In this document: positions 1 through 7,331 of the stretch, piece by piece | How positions within the stretch are numbered: position 1 is the stretch's first letter | Layout of the letters: every line of letters starts with the position of its first letter | The notes under the pieces: model-generated | The model's database searches: none | Told to the model about the DNA's origin: nothing | The model's input: only the letters and a program-made list of their open reading frames with translations | DNA from: Frankiales bacterium | GTDB lineage: Bacteria; Actinomycetota; Actinomycetes; Mycobacteriales; SCTD01 | Direction of reading: 5' to 3' | Length of the DNA stretch: 24,865 nucleotides | Assembly (NCBI GenBank): GCA_033851885.1 | Contig: JAWWOJ010000067.1 | Span: 1-24,865 of the forward strand | Program-made: the position numbers and the translations under genes

Positions 1-523
1 CGATCGCGGCGTCGGTCGTGCGGCCGGTGATGACGATGTCGGCGCCTCTGCCGAGGGCGTCAACGATTCCCCAGCCACCGAGATAGGCGTTGGCGGTGAG
101 GACGGTGCGGTCGCCGAGGGGCTCACCCGTGTCCAGGTTGGTCAGGGCGCCGAGGTCGCCGAGCCGCGGGAGCACGTCATCGCCTGTCACATAGGCGATC
201 CGGGGACTGAGGCCGAGACCGGCAGCCACGGTCTCGACAGCCCGCGCACAACCCTGGGGGTTGAGGCCACCGGCGTTCGCCACCACCTTGATCCCGCGTT
301 GGAGGCAGGTCCCCATGACCTGCTCCATCTGGCGTACGAACGTCTTGGCGTAGCCGCCGTCCGGGTTCTTGAGGCGGTCCTTGAACAGGATGAGCATGGT
401 CAGCTCGGCCAGCCAGTCGCCGGTGAGGACGTCGATGGGGCCGTCCTCGACCATCTCCCGCGCCGCTGCCAGCCGGTCGCCGTAGAAGCCGCTGCAGTTG
501 GCGATCCGGACGGGGTCAGTCAT
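1..523 (-). CDS. atuA: Acyclic terpene utilization AtuA / DUF1446 family protein (N-terminal part; runs off the window edge)
   Basis: Manual minus-strand translation from ATG at 523: MTDPVRIANCSGFYGDRLAAAREMVEDGPIDVLTGDWLAELTM...GIKVVANAGGLNP...ANAYLGGWGIVDAL.. matches typical AtuA-family N-terminal motifs (GFYGD, DxLAE, NAGG, NAYLG). Start overlaps the upstream stop by 8 nt (ATGACTGA). Not in the ORF track because no stop lies inside the window. Confidence 0.9.
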   Translation of the reverse strand, partial: MTDPVRIANCSGFYGDRLAAAREMVEDGPIDVLTGDWLAELTMLILFKDRLKNPDGGYAKTFVRQMEQVMGTCLQRGIKVVANAGGLNPQGCARAVETVAAGLGLSPRIAYVTGDDVLPRLGDLGALTNLDTGEPLGDRTVLTANAYLGGWGIVDALGRGADIVITGRTTDAAI

Positions 524-2411
524 GCAGCACGACCAGAAGGTCGCCGGCAGCCACCTGGTCGCCCACCGCGGCCCGCACCTCGGCCACGGTGCCGTCGCTC
601 GGTGCGGTGATGCGGTGCTCCATCTTCATCGCCTCCACGACGACGAGCAGCTGCCCCGCGGTGACCGGATCGCCGACAGCGACCGCGACGGCAAGGACGC
701 CGCCGGGCAGGGGGGCCACGAGACCACCTTCGACTACCTCCCGCTCCTTGACGGGGAACCGCGGCACCAGGTGGAGCTCGACCTCGCCGACCCACCACCG
801 GTCCCCGTCGTTGCGGATGGCGACGCGATGCCGCACCCCGTCGACCTGCGCCTCGATCTCGCCGCCGCTGACGGCGAGAACGCTTGCCTCCCAGGCCTTC
901 TCACCCACCGCGACGTCGAAGACGCCGTCCCGACGTGCCCGGTAGGCCACCTCGACGGTGATCTCACCGGAGCGGTAGCTGAACGTCTCCGGCGGCAGCA
1001 CGCCATTGCGCCAGCCGGGCGGGAAGCCGCCGAAGGAGCTCGCTGACCGACGCCAGGCCTGCGCCGCCAGCGCGGCGAGCACAGCGCAGTGCTCCAGCTG
1101 TCTGACGTACACCTCCTTGATGCGCGCCGGCGCGACGCGGTCGATGAAGTCCGTGGTGGTGTCCCCGGCGAGGAAGGCCTCGTGCCGCAGCGTCGCCACC
1201 AAGAAGTCCCGGTTGGTGGTCGTGCCCTGCAGGGCGGTGCGCTCAAGAGCGAGTGCCAGGGCCAGCGCCGCCTCGCGGCGGGTCGGGGCGTGCGTGACGA
1301 CCTTGGCCAGCATCGGGTCGAACTCCACGCCGATGACGCTGCCCGACTCGATCCCGCTGTCGAACCGGGCGCCCGGCGCGGGCACCCAGGTCAGCACCGT
1401 GCCGGTGACGGGAAGGAAATCGTTCGCGGGGTCCTCGGCATAGAGCCGTGCCTCGACGGCGTGGCCGGTGAGGGTCACGTCCGCCTGGGTGAAGGTCAGC
1501 GCCTCGCCCTGGGCGATGAGGACCTGCTCCCGCACCAGGTCGAGGCCGGTGACCAGCTCGGTGACCGGGTGCTCGACCTGGAGCCGGGTGTTGACCTCCA
1601 GGAAGTAGAACTCGCGGCCGTCGAGCAGGAACTCCACGGTGCCGGCATTCGTGTAGCCGATCGCCCTCGCGGCCGCGAGTGCCGCGTCGCCGAGGCGCTC
1701 GCGGAGCCGCTCGTCGACGGCAGGCGACGGCGCCTCCTCGATGACCTTCTGGTGGCGACGCTGGATCGAGCACTCCCGCTCGCCGAGGTGCACGAGGTTG
1801 CCGTGGGCGTCGCCGAGGATCTGCACTTCGACGTGCCGTGCGCCGGTGAGGTAGCGCTCGAGGAACACCGTGTCGTCGCCGAAGGCGGCGAGCGCTTCTC
1901 GTCGGGCGGCGGCGAGGGCCTCGTCGAGGTCCTCGGGACGCGTGACGACCCGCATCCCCTTGCCACCACCGCCCATGGCCGCCTTGACCAGGACCGGGAA
2001 GTGGCCCTCGGGTGCGTCCAGGGTGGGTACGCCGGCGGCCGCCATCAGCTTCTTGGCCTCGAGCTTGTCGCCCATCGCCGCGATTGCCTCCGGCGACGGG
2101 CCGACCCAGATCAGGCCCGCGTCGATCACGGCCTGCGCGAAGCGGGCGTTCTCCGACAGGAACCCGTAGCCGGGGTGGACGGCGTCGGCACCGGCGCGCT
2201 TCGCCGCGGCCAGCACCTTGTCAGCGTCGAGGTAGGTCTCCGCGGCGGTGTGGCCGTTGAGTGCGACAGCGACCGAGGCCTCGCGGGCGAACGGCGCCAT
2301 CACGTCGCCGTCGGCATAGACGGCGATGGTGTCGATGCCCATGGCGTGCGCGGTGCGCATGATGCGCCGCGCGATCTCGCCGCGGTTGGCGACCAGCAGG
2401 CGACGGATCAC
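516..2411 (-). CDS. Acyl-CoA carboxylase alpha subunit (biotin carboxylase + biotin carboxyl carrier domain), AccA2/AtuF-like
   Basis: VIRRLLVANRGEIA N-terminus, HPGYGFLSEN, GGGGKGM, ERECSIQRRHQK, EVNTRLQVEHPVTE, FDPMLAK and the EAMKM biotinylation motif. True start is GTG at 2411, overlapping the upstream TGA (GTGA). The ORF-track extension to 2840 is an off-frame overlap. Confidence 0.95.
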   Translation of the reverse strand: MIRRLLVANRGEIARRIMRTAHAMGIDTIAVYADGDVMAPFAREASVAVALNGHTAAETYLDADKVLAAAKRAGADAVHPGYGFLSENARFAQAVIDAGLIWVGPSPEAIAAMGDKLEAKKLMAAAGVPTLDAPEGHFPVLVKAAMGGGGKGMRVVTRPEDLDEALAAARREALAAFGDDTVFLERYLTGARHVEVQILGDAHGNLVHLGERECSIQRRHQKVIEEAPSPAVDERLRERLGDAALAAARAIGYTNAGTVEFLLDGREFYFLEVNTRLQVEHPVTELVTGLDLVREQVLIAQGEALTFTQADVTLTGHAVEARLYAEDPANDFLPVTGTVLTWVPAPGARFDSGIESGSVIGVEFDPMLAKVVTHAPTRREAALALALALERTALQGTTTNRDFLVATLRHEAFLAGDTTTDFIDRVAPARIKEVYVRQLEHCAVLAALAAQAWRRSASSFGGFPPGWRNGVLPPETFSYRSGEITVEVAYRARRDGVFDVAVGEKAWEASVLAVSGGEIEAQVDGVRHRVAIRNDGDRWWVGEVELHLVPRFPVKEREVVEGGLVAPLPGGVLAVAVAVGDPVTAGQLLVVVEAMKMEHRITAPSDGTVAEVRAAVGDQVAAGDLLVVLHD

Positions 2412-4033
2412 CGGAACGCCCCGAACGACTCGGCGCCCCGCACCTCGGCGGAGTGGCAGGCGCTCAAACACAGCCCGACCACGGTGCGGGTGTCGCGCGG
2501 GTCGATCACGCCGTCGTCGACGCCCCGCCCACTGGCGTACATCGCAAGCGACTGCCGCTCCTGCACCTCCGCGACGGTGTCCGTGATCACCTTCTCCAGC
2601 GCCTCGTCGACCTGTTCGCCGCGCCTGGCCGCCTGGGCGCGACGGACGATCGACATGACACCGGCGATCTGCTGCGGGCCCATGACGGCGACCTTCGCCG
2701 TCGGCCAGAGGAAGACGAACCGGGTGCCGAAGCCGCGGCCGCCCATCCCGTAGTTGCCGGCGCCGTAGGACGAGCCGAGGATGATCGTCACGTGCGGCAC
2801 CGCGCTGTTGGACAGCGCGTTGATCATCTGACTGCCCCACTTGACCATGCCGGCCTGCTCGTAGTCCCGGCCGACCATGTAGCCCGTGATGTTCTGCAGG
2901 AACACCAGCGGAGTCGAGGTCTTGTTGCAGAGCTGGATGAACTGCGAGGCCTTCTGCGACGACTCCGGGAAGAGCGGGCCGTTGTTGCCGAGGATGCCGA
3001 CCGGGTAGCCGTGGACCTCGGCCCAGCCGCAGATCAACGTGGTGCCGTAGCGCGCCTTGAACTCCTCGAACCGGCTGCCGTCGGTGACCCGGCCGATCAC
3101 CTCGCGGACGTCGAGGGGCTGCCGCAGGTCCTGCGAGATCAGACCGAGCAGGTCTTCGGCCTCCAGCACCGGGGGGTCAGCGGGACCGGTCGGCCCGGGT
3201 CCGCTCTTGCGCCAATGCAGGTGCCCGACGATGTCGCGGGCCTGCCGGATGGCGTCGAGCTCGTCCTCGGCGAGGTAGTCGGCGAGGCCGCTGACAGCCG
3301 CATGCATCTCGGCGCCACCGAGCTCCTCGTCGGTGGACTCCTCACCCGTCGCGACCTTCACCAGCGGCGGGCCTCCGAGGAAGACCTTGGCCTGGTCCTT
3401 CACGAGGATCGTGTAGTCGGACAGGCCAGGCATGTACGCCCCGCCGGCCGTCGAGCTGCCGAAGACGATCGCGATGGTCGGGATGCCGAGACCCGAGAGC
3501 ACCGTGGTCTCGTAGAAGAAGCCACCGGACCCGGCGAAGTGGAACGTCGAGCTCTTCAGGATCTCCTCGATGTCACTGCCGCGGGGGCGCAGGTCGCCGC
3601 CGGCCGACTCGATGAGCTGCACGTAGGGCATCCGGTTCTGCTTGGCGATCTGCAGCGCCCTGTCGATCTTCGGGATGCTCGTCTGCGTCAGCGCGCCACC
3701 GAGCACCGTCGGGTCGTGGCCGAAGATGACGCACTCCGTCCCGTTGATGCTGCCGATCCCGACGAGGGCGCCGCCGCCGACCGGGTAGTCGGTGTAGAAG
3801 CCCGCCAGCGCGCCGATCTCGAGGAACGGCGTGTCCGGATCGATGAGCACCGCGACCCGCTCCCGCACGGTCAGCTTGCCCGCGGCCTTGTGCCGCCCGA
3901 CGGCCTTGTCGGTGCCGCCCTGACCGGCCAGCTGCAGCTGCTCGTCGAGCTTCTCGAGCTGGCCCAGCATGTCCTCGCGGTTCTTGATGTAGGCCTCCGA
4001 CGCACGGTCGACGGCCGTGCCCAGCACGGTCAT
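2408..4033 (-). CDS. Acyl-CoA carboxylase beta (carboxyltransferase) subunit, AccD2/AtuC-like
   Basis: GKLTVRERV, DPTVLGG, FGSSTAGGAYMPGLSD, GGPPLVKVATGE, LGGAEMH, QNITGYMVG, SYGAGNYGM, DDGVIDPRDTR motifs. Start ATG at 4033 overlaps the upstream TGA (ATGA). Adjacency to an atuA-like gene supports the AccD2/AtuC subgroup. Confidence 0.93.
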   Translation of the reverse strand: MTVLGTAVDRASEAYIKNREDMLGQLEKLDEQLQLAGQGGTDKAVGRHKAAGKLTVRERVAVLIDPDTPFLEIGALAGFYTDYPVGGGALVGIGSINGTECVIFGHDPTVLGGALTQTSIPKIDRALQIAKQNRMPYVQLIESAGGDLRPRGSDIEEILKSSTFHFAGSGGFFYETTVLSGLGIPTIAIVFGSSTAGGAYMPGLSDYTILVKDQAKVFLGGPPLVKVATGEESTDEELGGAEMHAAVSGLADYLAEDELDAIRQARDIVGHLHWRKSGPGPTGPADPPVLEAEDLLGLISQDLRQPLDVREVIGRVTDGSRFEEFKARYGTTLICGWAEVHGYPVGILGNNGPLFPESSQKASQFIQLCNKTSTPLVFLQNITGYMVGRDYEQAGMVKWGSQMINALSNSAVPHVTIILGSSYGAGNYGMGGRGFGTRFVFLWPTAKVAVMGPQQIAGVMSIVRRAQAARRGEQVDEALEKVITDTVAEVQERQSLAMYASGRGVDDGVIDPRDTRTVVGLCLSACHSAEVRGAESFGAFR

Positions 4034-4815
4034 GCCGCCCCCAGTGGCGCGCGACCGGTGCCGGCGGGACCCGCGTAGGCCTGCGCGATGCGCGCCCACT
4101 GCGCGGCGGTGTCGCCCTCGATGGTCAGCGTGACGTCGTCGAGGTGCCGGCGCTGCGTGACGAGCAGCGCGAAGTCGAGAGCCGGCCCGGCGATGCGGTC
4201 GGTCGCGTGCTCGGGACCCCACTGCCCCGCACCGGGTCCGGTGAGCTCGACCCGTACGGGTGTGTCCGGGTTCTCGACCCCGTGCACCAGGTAGGCGAAC
4301 GACCGGGCCTGCACGCCGATGTGGCAGATGTGCCGCAGCCGGTCGCTCGTGACCGGCTCGAGTCCGAGCGCGTCTGACACGTCCTGTCCGTGCGCCCAGG
4401 TCTCCATCAGCCGGGCGCTGGCGAAGCTCGCGAGGCTCATCGGCGGCCCGTACCAGGGCACGCGGGCCGCGGGGTCGGCCTTGTCGAGGGCGGTCAGCAG
4501 CGCGGACCGGCCCCGGCGCCAGTCCTCGAGCAGGTGGCCACCGGAGTTGTCGCGTCCGAACAGCACGTCCGCCCCCGGCTGCACGCCGCCGCTCAGCATC
4601 GCGTCGACGTGCTTGGTGAACGCGGGCCCGTCGACGAGCGCCAGGATCGCCGTACCGTCGAAGTAGTGGAGGTGGCTGACGCAGTCCGCGACGTCCCAGC
4701 CCTCGGCCGGCGTCGGGGTGCGCCACCGCGTCTCGGACAGGTCGGCGACGCGCGCGTCGAGTGCGGCGTGCTCCGCCGCCAGGTCGTGCAACAGCGAACT
4801 GAGATCGGGCTTCAT
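4030..4815 (-). CDS. TIGR03084-family / DinB-like (mycothiol maleylpyruvate isomerase N-terminal domain) metal-binding protein
   Basis: DLAAEHAALD...WRTPTPAEGWDVADCVSHL, WYGPPMSLASFASARLMETWAHGQD, VTQRRH, IAQAYAGPAG match this family. ATG at 4815 has GGAGG 11 nt upstream; the alternative GTG start is 4833. Confidence 0.85.
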   Translation of the reverse strand: MKPDLSSLLHDLAAEHAALDARVADLSETRWRTPTPAEGWDVADCVSHLHYFDGTAILALVDGPAFTKHVDAMLSGGVQPGADVLFGRDNSGGHLLEDWRRGRSALLTALDKADPAARVPWYGPPMSLASFASARLMETWAHGQDVSDALGLEPVTSDRLRHICHIGVQARSFAYLVHGVENPDTPVRVELTGPGAGQWGPEHATDRIAGPALDFALLVTQRRHLDDVTLTIEGDTAAQWARIAQAYAGPAGTGRAPLGAA

Positions 4816-4964
4816 CCGGCGGTGATCCTCCACGTGTCGGCTGCGTCACATCCTGCCCCGCCGCTACTCGGCGGTAGCAACGGGCTGGGACAGGGCTCGA
4901 CGACGGGCCTGCGTGGCGGTCACGTGCGTGCCCAGGTCCGGCGCGGTGACGATCGGCACATGAG

Positions 4965-5897
4965 GTGAGGACTAGGTTGGACGTGGCTCGGATGCACGAA
5001 AAGCTGAGGAACTCGGTGAAGCCATCGATCAACCTCCCGCTGGATCGCTGGTGGGGGCGCGCCATCCAGCGTCCGTTGGTGCGGCTCGCCCCCAAAGGCG
5101 ACCTGAGCGGGGTCACGATCTCACGGGCCTCTGGGCGATCGTCCAAGGTGCGGCTGTACCGCCCTCGAGCACAGACGTCCTCAGCTGCCTTGTTCTGGAT
5201 CCACGGTGGCGGCATGCTCTTCGGGCGGGCTTCGCAAGACGATCGCCTCTGCGCCTCCACCGCCACGCGGCTCGGCATCGTCGTCGTCTCCGCCGAGTAC
5301 CGGCTCGCCCCCGAACATCCGCATCCCGCACAACTTGACGATTGCCGGAGCGGCTGGCTGTGGCTTCAGGACAACGCTGCATCCCTCGGGGTTGATGCGG
5401 CGCGGGTCGCGGTCGGCGGTCAGAGCGCCGGAGGTGGCCTCGCAGCCGCGCTCGTACAGCAGATCTGCGATGTCGCTGAACCGGCGCCGATTGCCCAGTG
5501 GCTCTTCTGCCCGATGCTGGACGACAGGACGGCAGCGCGAACGGAACTCGACGCGGTCGGACATCGCATCTGGAACAACGCGACCAACCGCTACGCCTGG
5601 CGCGCCTTCCTCGGCATCGAGCCGGGCTCACAGACCACGCCCCCCTACTCCGTACCGGCGCGTCGCGCAGTCCACCAGGGCAGCCCCCCGACCTGGATCG
5701 GAGTCGGGGACATCGACCTGTTTCACGACGAGGACATGGCCTATGCGTCCGCGCTACGTGCAGCAGGAATCCCAGTGACCACCGACGTCGTGCCCGGGGC
5801 GCCACATGGCTTTGAGTCCTGGGATCCCAAGGCCGAGGTCAGTCGTGACTACATCGACCGGGCGCAAGCCTGGCTCGGCCGCGCACTGGGTGGATGA
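4965..5897 (+). CDS. Alpha/beta hydrolase fold-3 (HSL-family esterase/lipase)
   Basis: HGGG oxyanion motif, YRLAPEHPHP, GQSAGG nucleophile elbow, GDIDLF Asp and PHGF His. Start uncertain (GTG 4965 or ATG 4992). Confidence 0.92.
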   Translation: MRTRLDVARMHEKLRNSVKPSINLPLDRWWGRAIQRPLVRLAPKGDLSGVTISRASGRSSKVRLYRPRAQTSSAALFWIHGGGMLFGRASQDDRLCASTATRLGIVVVSAEYRLAPEHPHPAQLDDCRSGWLWLQDNAASLGVDAARVAVGGQSAGGGLAAALVQQICDVAEPAPIAQWLFCPMLDDRTAARTELDAVGHRIWNNATNRYAWRAFLGIEPGSQTTPPYSVPARRAVHQGSPPTWIGVGDIDLFHDEDMAYASALRAAGIPVTTDVVPGAPHGFESWDPKAEVSRDYIDRAQAWLGRALGG

Positions 5898-5942
5898 GCA
5901 CCCACAACCCGGGTACGAGCCCGCCGCGGACCGGCGGCTATG

Positions 5943-5962
5943 TGATGCAGTATACATTCTGC
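5943..5962. promoter_or_regulatory. Putative GntR/FadR-type operator upstream of the P450
   Basis: TGA-TGC-AGTATACA-TTC-TGC, 11/14 match; overlaps a TACATT (TANNNT) candidate -10 at 5953-5958. Confidence 0.55.
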
Positions 5963-6016
5963 AACCAGGTCGAGGTGCCCGCCATCCGTGGCCGGACAGG
6001 AGCGGCGAGGTGATCC

Positions 6017-7255
6017 ATGACCGACGCGGAACCGCGGCCGTCCGACCGCTCTCCGATCGTCTACGACCCGTATGACGCTGCGATCGTCCACAACCCGTTC
6101 CCCGTCTACGCCCGACTGCGCGACGAGGCGCCGGTCTACCGGAACGAGCAGCTGGGGTTCTACGCGCTGTCGCGCTACGCCGACGTCGTCGAAGCGCATC
6201 TGGACTACGAGACCTTCTCGTCAGCCAAGGGCGTCACCATCGAGGGCGACGAGGCCGCGACGCCGCTGCTCATCGTGAAGGACCCGCCGGAGCACACCCT
6301 GCACCGCAGGATCGTGGCGCCACTGTTCACACCACGGCGCATCTCCGCGCTCGAACCCTTCATCCGTCAGACGGCCGCTGACCTGCTCGACCCACTCGCC
6401 GGCCGCGACGCGTTCGAGTTCGTCCATGAGTTCGCCATCCAGCTGCCGATGCACGTCATCAGTGAGCTGCTGGACATCCCTGTCGACCTGCGTGACGAGA
6501 TCGTCCAGCTCGCCGAACTCGTCGCGTCCGGGCTCGGCCGCGACGCGAGCCCGGAGGAGGCCGTCGCCGCGAAGGGCCTCACGGTCCTGCTCGTCGAACT
6601 CGCCTCCGAGCGGCGCCGCCAACCCGGAAGCGACCTCGTCAGCCTGCTGATGACGACGCCGGTCGACGACGGTGCCGGCGGTACGCGCCTGCCCGGGGAC
6701 GCCGAGCTGGGAACCCGGTTTCTCGAGCTCGCCTTCGCCGGCCACGAGACCGTGGCCAAGCTCATCTCGAACGCGATCGTCGCCCTCAAGTGGCACCCGG
6801 ACGAGCGGGCCCGGGTGGTCGCCGACCCAGCGCTGCTGCCCAAGGCGGTCGAGGAGGCGCTCCGCTGGGACCCGCCCAGCCACTACCAAGGCCGGACGAC
6901 CACCCGCGAGGTGACGCTGCACGGCGTCACGATCCCGGCAGACCGCCGGGTGCTGCTCATGACCGGCGCCGCGCTGCATGACCCACGGGAGTTCCCCGAT
7001 CCGGAGCGCTACGACCTCGACCGGCCGCTCGAGCGGCACGTCGGCTTCGGCCTCGGGCGGCACATGTGCCTGGGCTCGTCCCTGGCCAGGATGGAGACCC
7101 GCATCGCGCTGGAGGAGTTCCTCAAGCGCTACGCGGACTGGGAGCTCGTCGAAGGCGGCGCCGTGCGCGCCCTGCAGGGCAACCTTCGCGGGTTGACGCA
7201 GCTGCAGCTGTCCGTCACGCCCCGTGCCGGCCGCCTCCAAACGCTTCCGAGATGA
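6017..7255 (+). CDS. Cytochrome P450
   Basis: DPPEHT, I-helix AGHET, K-helix EEALR (ExxR), heme motif FGLGRHMCLG. SD GAGGTG lies 4 nt before the ATG. Confidence 0.97.
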   Translation: MTDAEPRPSDRSPIVYDPYDAAIVHNPFPVYARLRDEAPVYRNEQLGFYALSRYADVVEAHLDYETFSSAKGVTIEGDEAATPLLIVKDPPEHTLHRRIVAPLFTPRRISALEPFIRQTAADLLDPLAGRDAFEFVHEFAIQLPMHVISELLDIPVDLRDEIVQLAELVASGLGRDASPEEAVAAKGLTVLLVELASERRRQPGSDLVSLLMTTPVDDGAGGTRLPGDAELGTRFLELAFAGHETVAKLISNAIVALKWHPDERARVVADPALLPKAVEEALRWDPPSHYQGRTTTREVTLHGVTIPADRRVLLMTGAALHDPREFPDPERYDLDRPLERHVGFGLGRHMCLGSSLARMETRIALEEFLKRYADWELVEGGAVRALQGNLRGLTQLQLSVTPRAGRLQTLPR

Positions 7256-7259
7256 GCGA

Positions 7260-7279
7260 ACATATTGTATGCATGATGT
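7260..7279. promoter_or_regulatory. Putative GntR/FadR-type operator upstream of the CoA-transferase
   Basis: ACA-TAT-TGTATGCA-TGA-TGT, 13/14 match, 4 nt after the P450 stop. Confidence 0.62.
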
Positions 7280-7331
7280 GGCGCCACCCCGGTGCCACTG
7301 GTCCCACCCTCGATGGGGAAGGGGGGCCGCC

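Noticed and set aside
516-2840. 774-aa ORF as a carboxyltransferase-biotin carboxylase fusion
   Set aside because: The extension above 2411 is a different frame of the beta-subunit gene, with no homologous motifs.
1089-4078. Long plus-strand ORFs 1089-2753 and 2453-4078
   Set aside because: Antisense shadows of the carboxylase genes, typical of high-GC codon bias; no motifs.
2408-5278. 956-aa ORF suggesting a giant carboxyltransferase fusion
   Set aside because: The first about 415 aa are Arg/Pro-rich off-frame or antisense readings over the TIGR03084 and esterase genes; the family sequence starts at ATG 4033 with an ATGA overlap.
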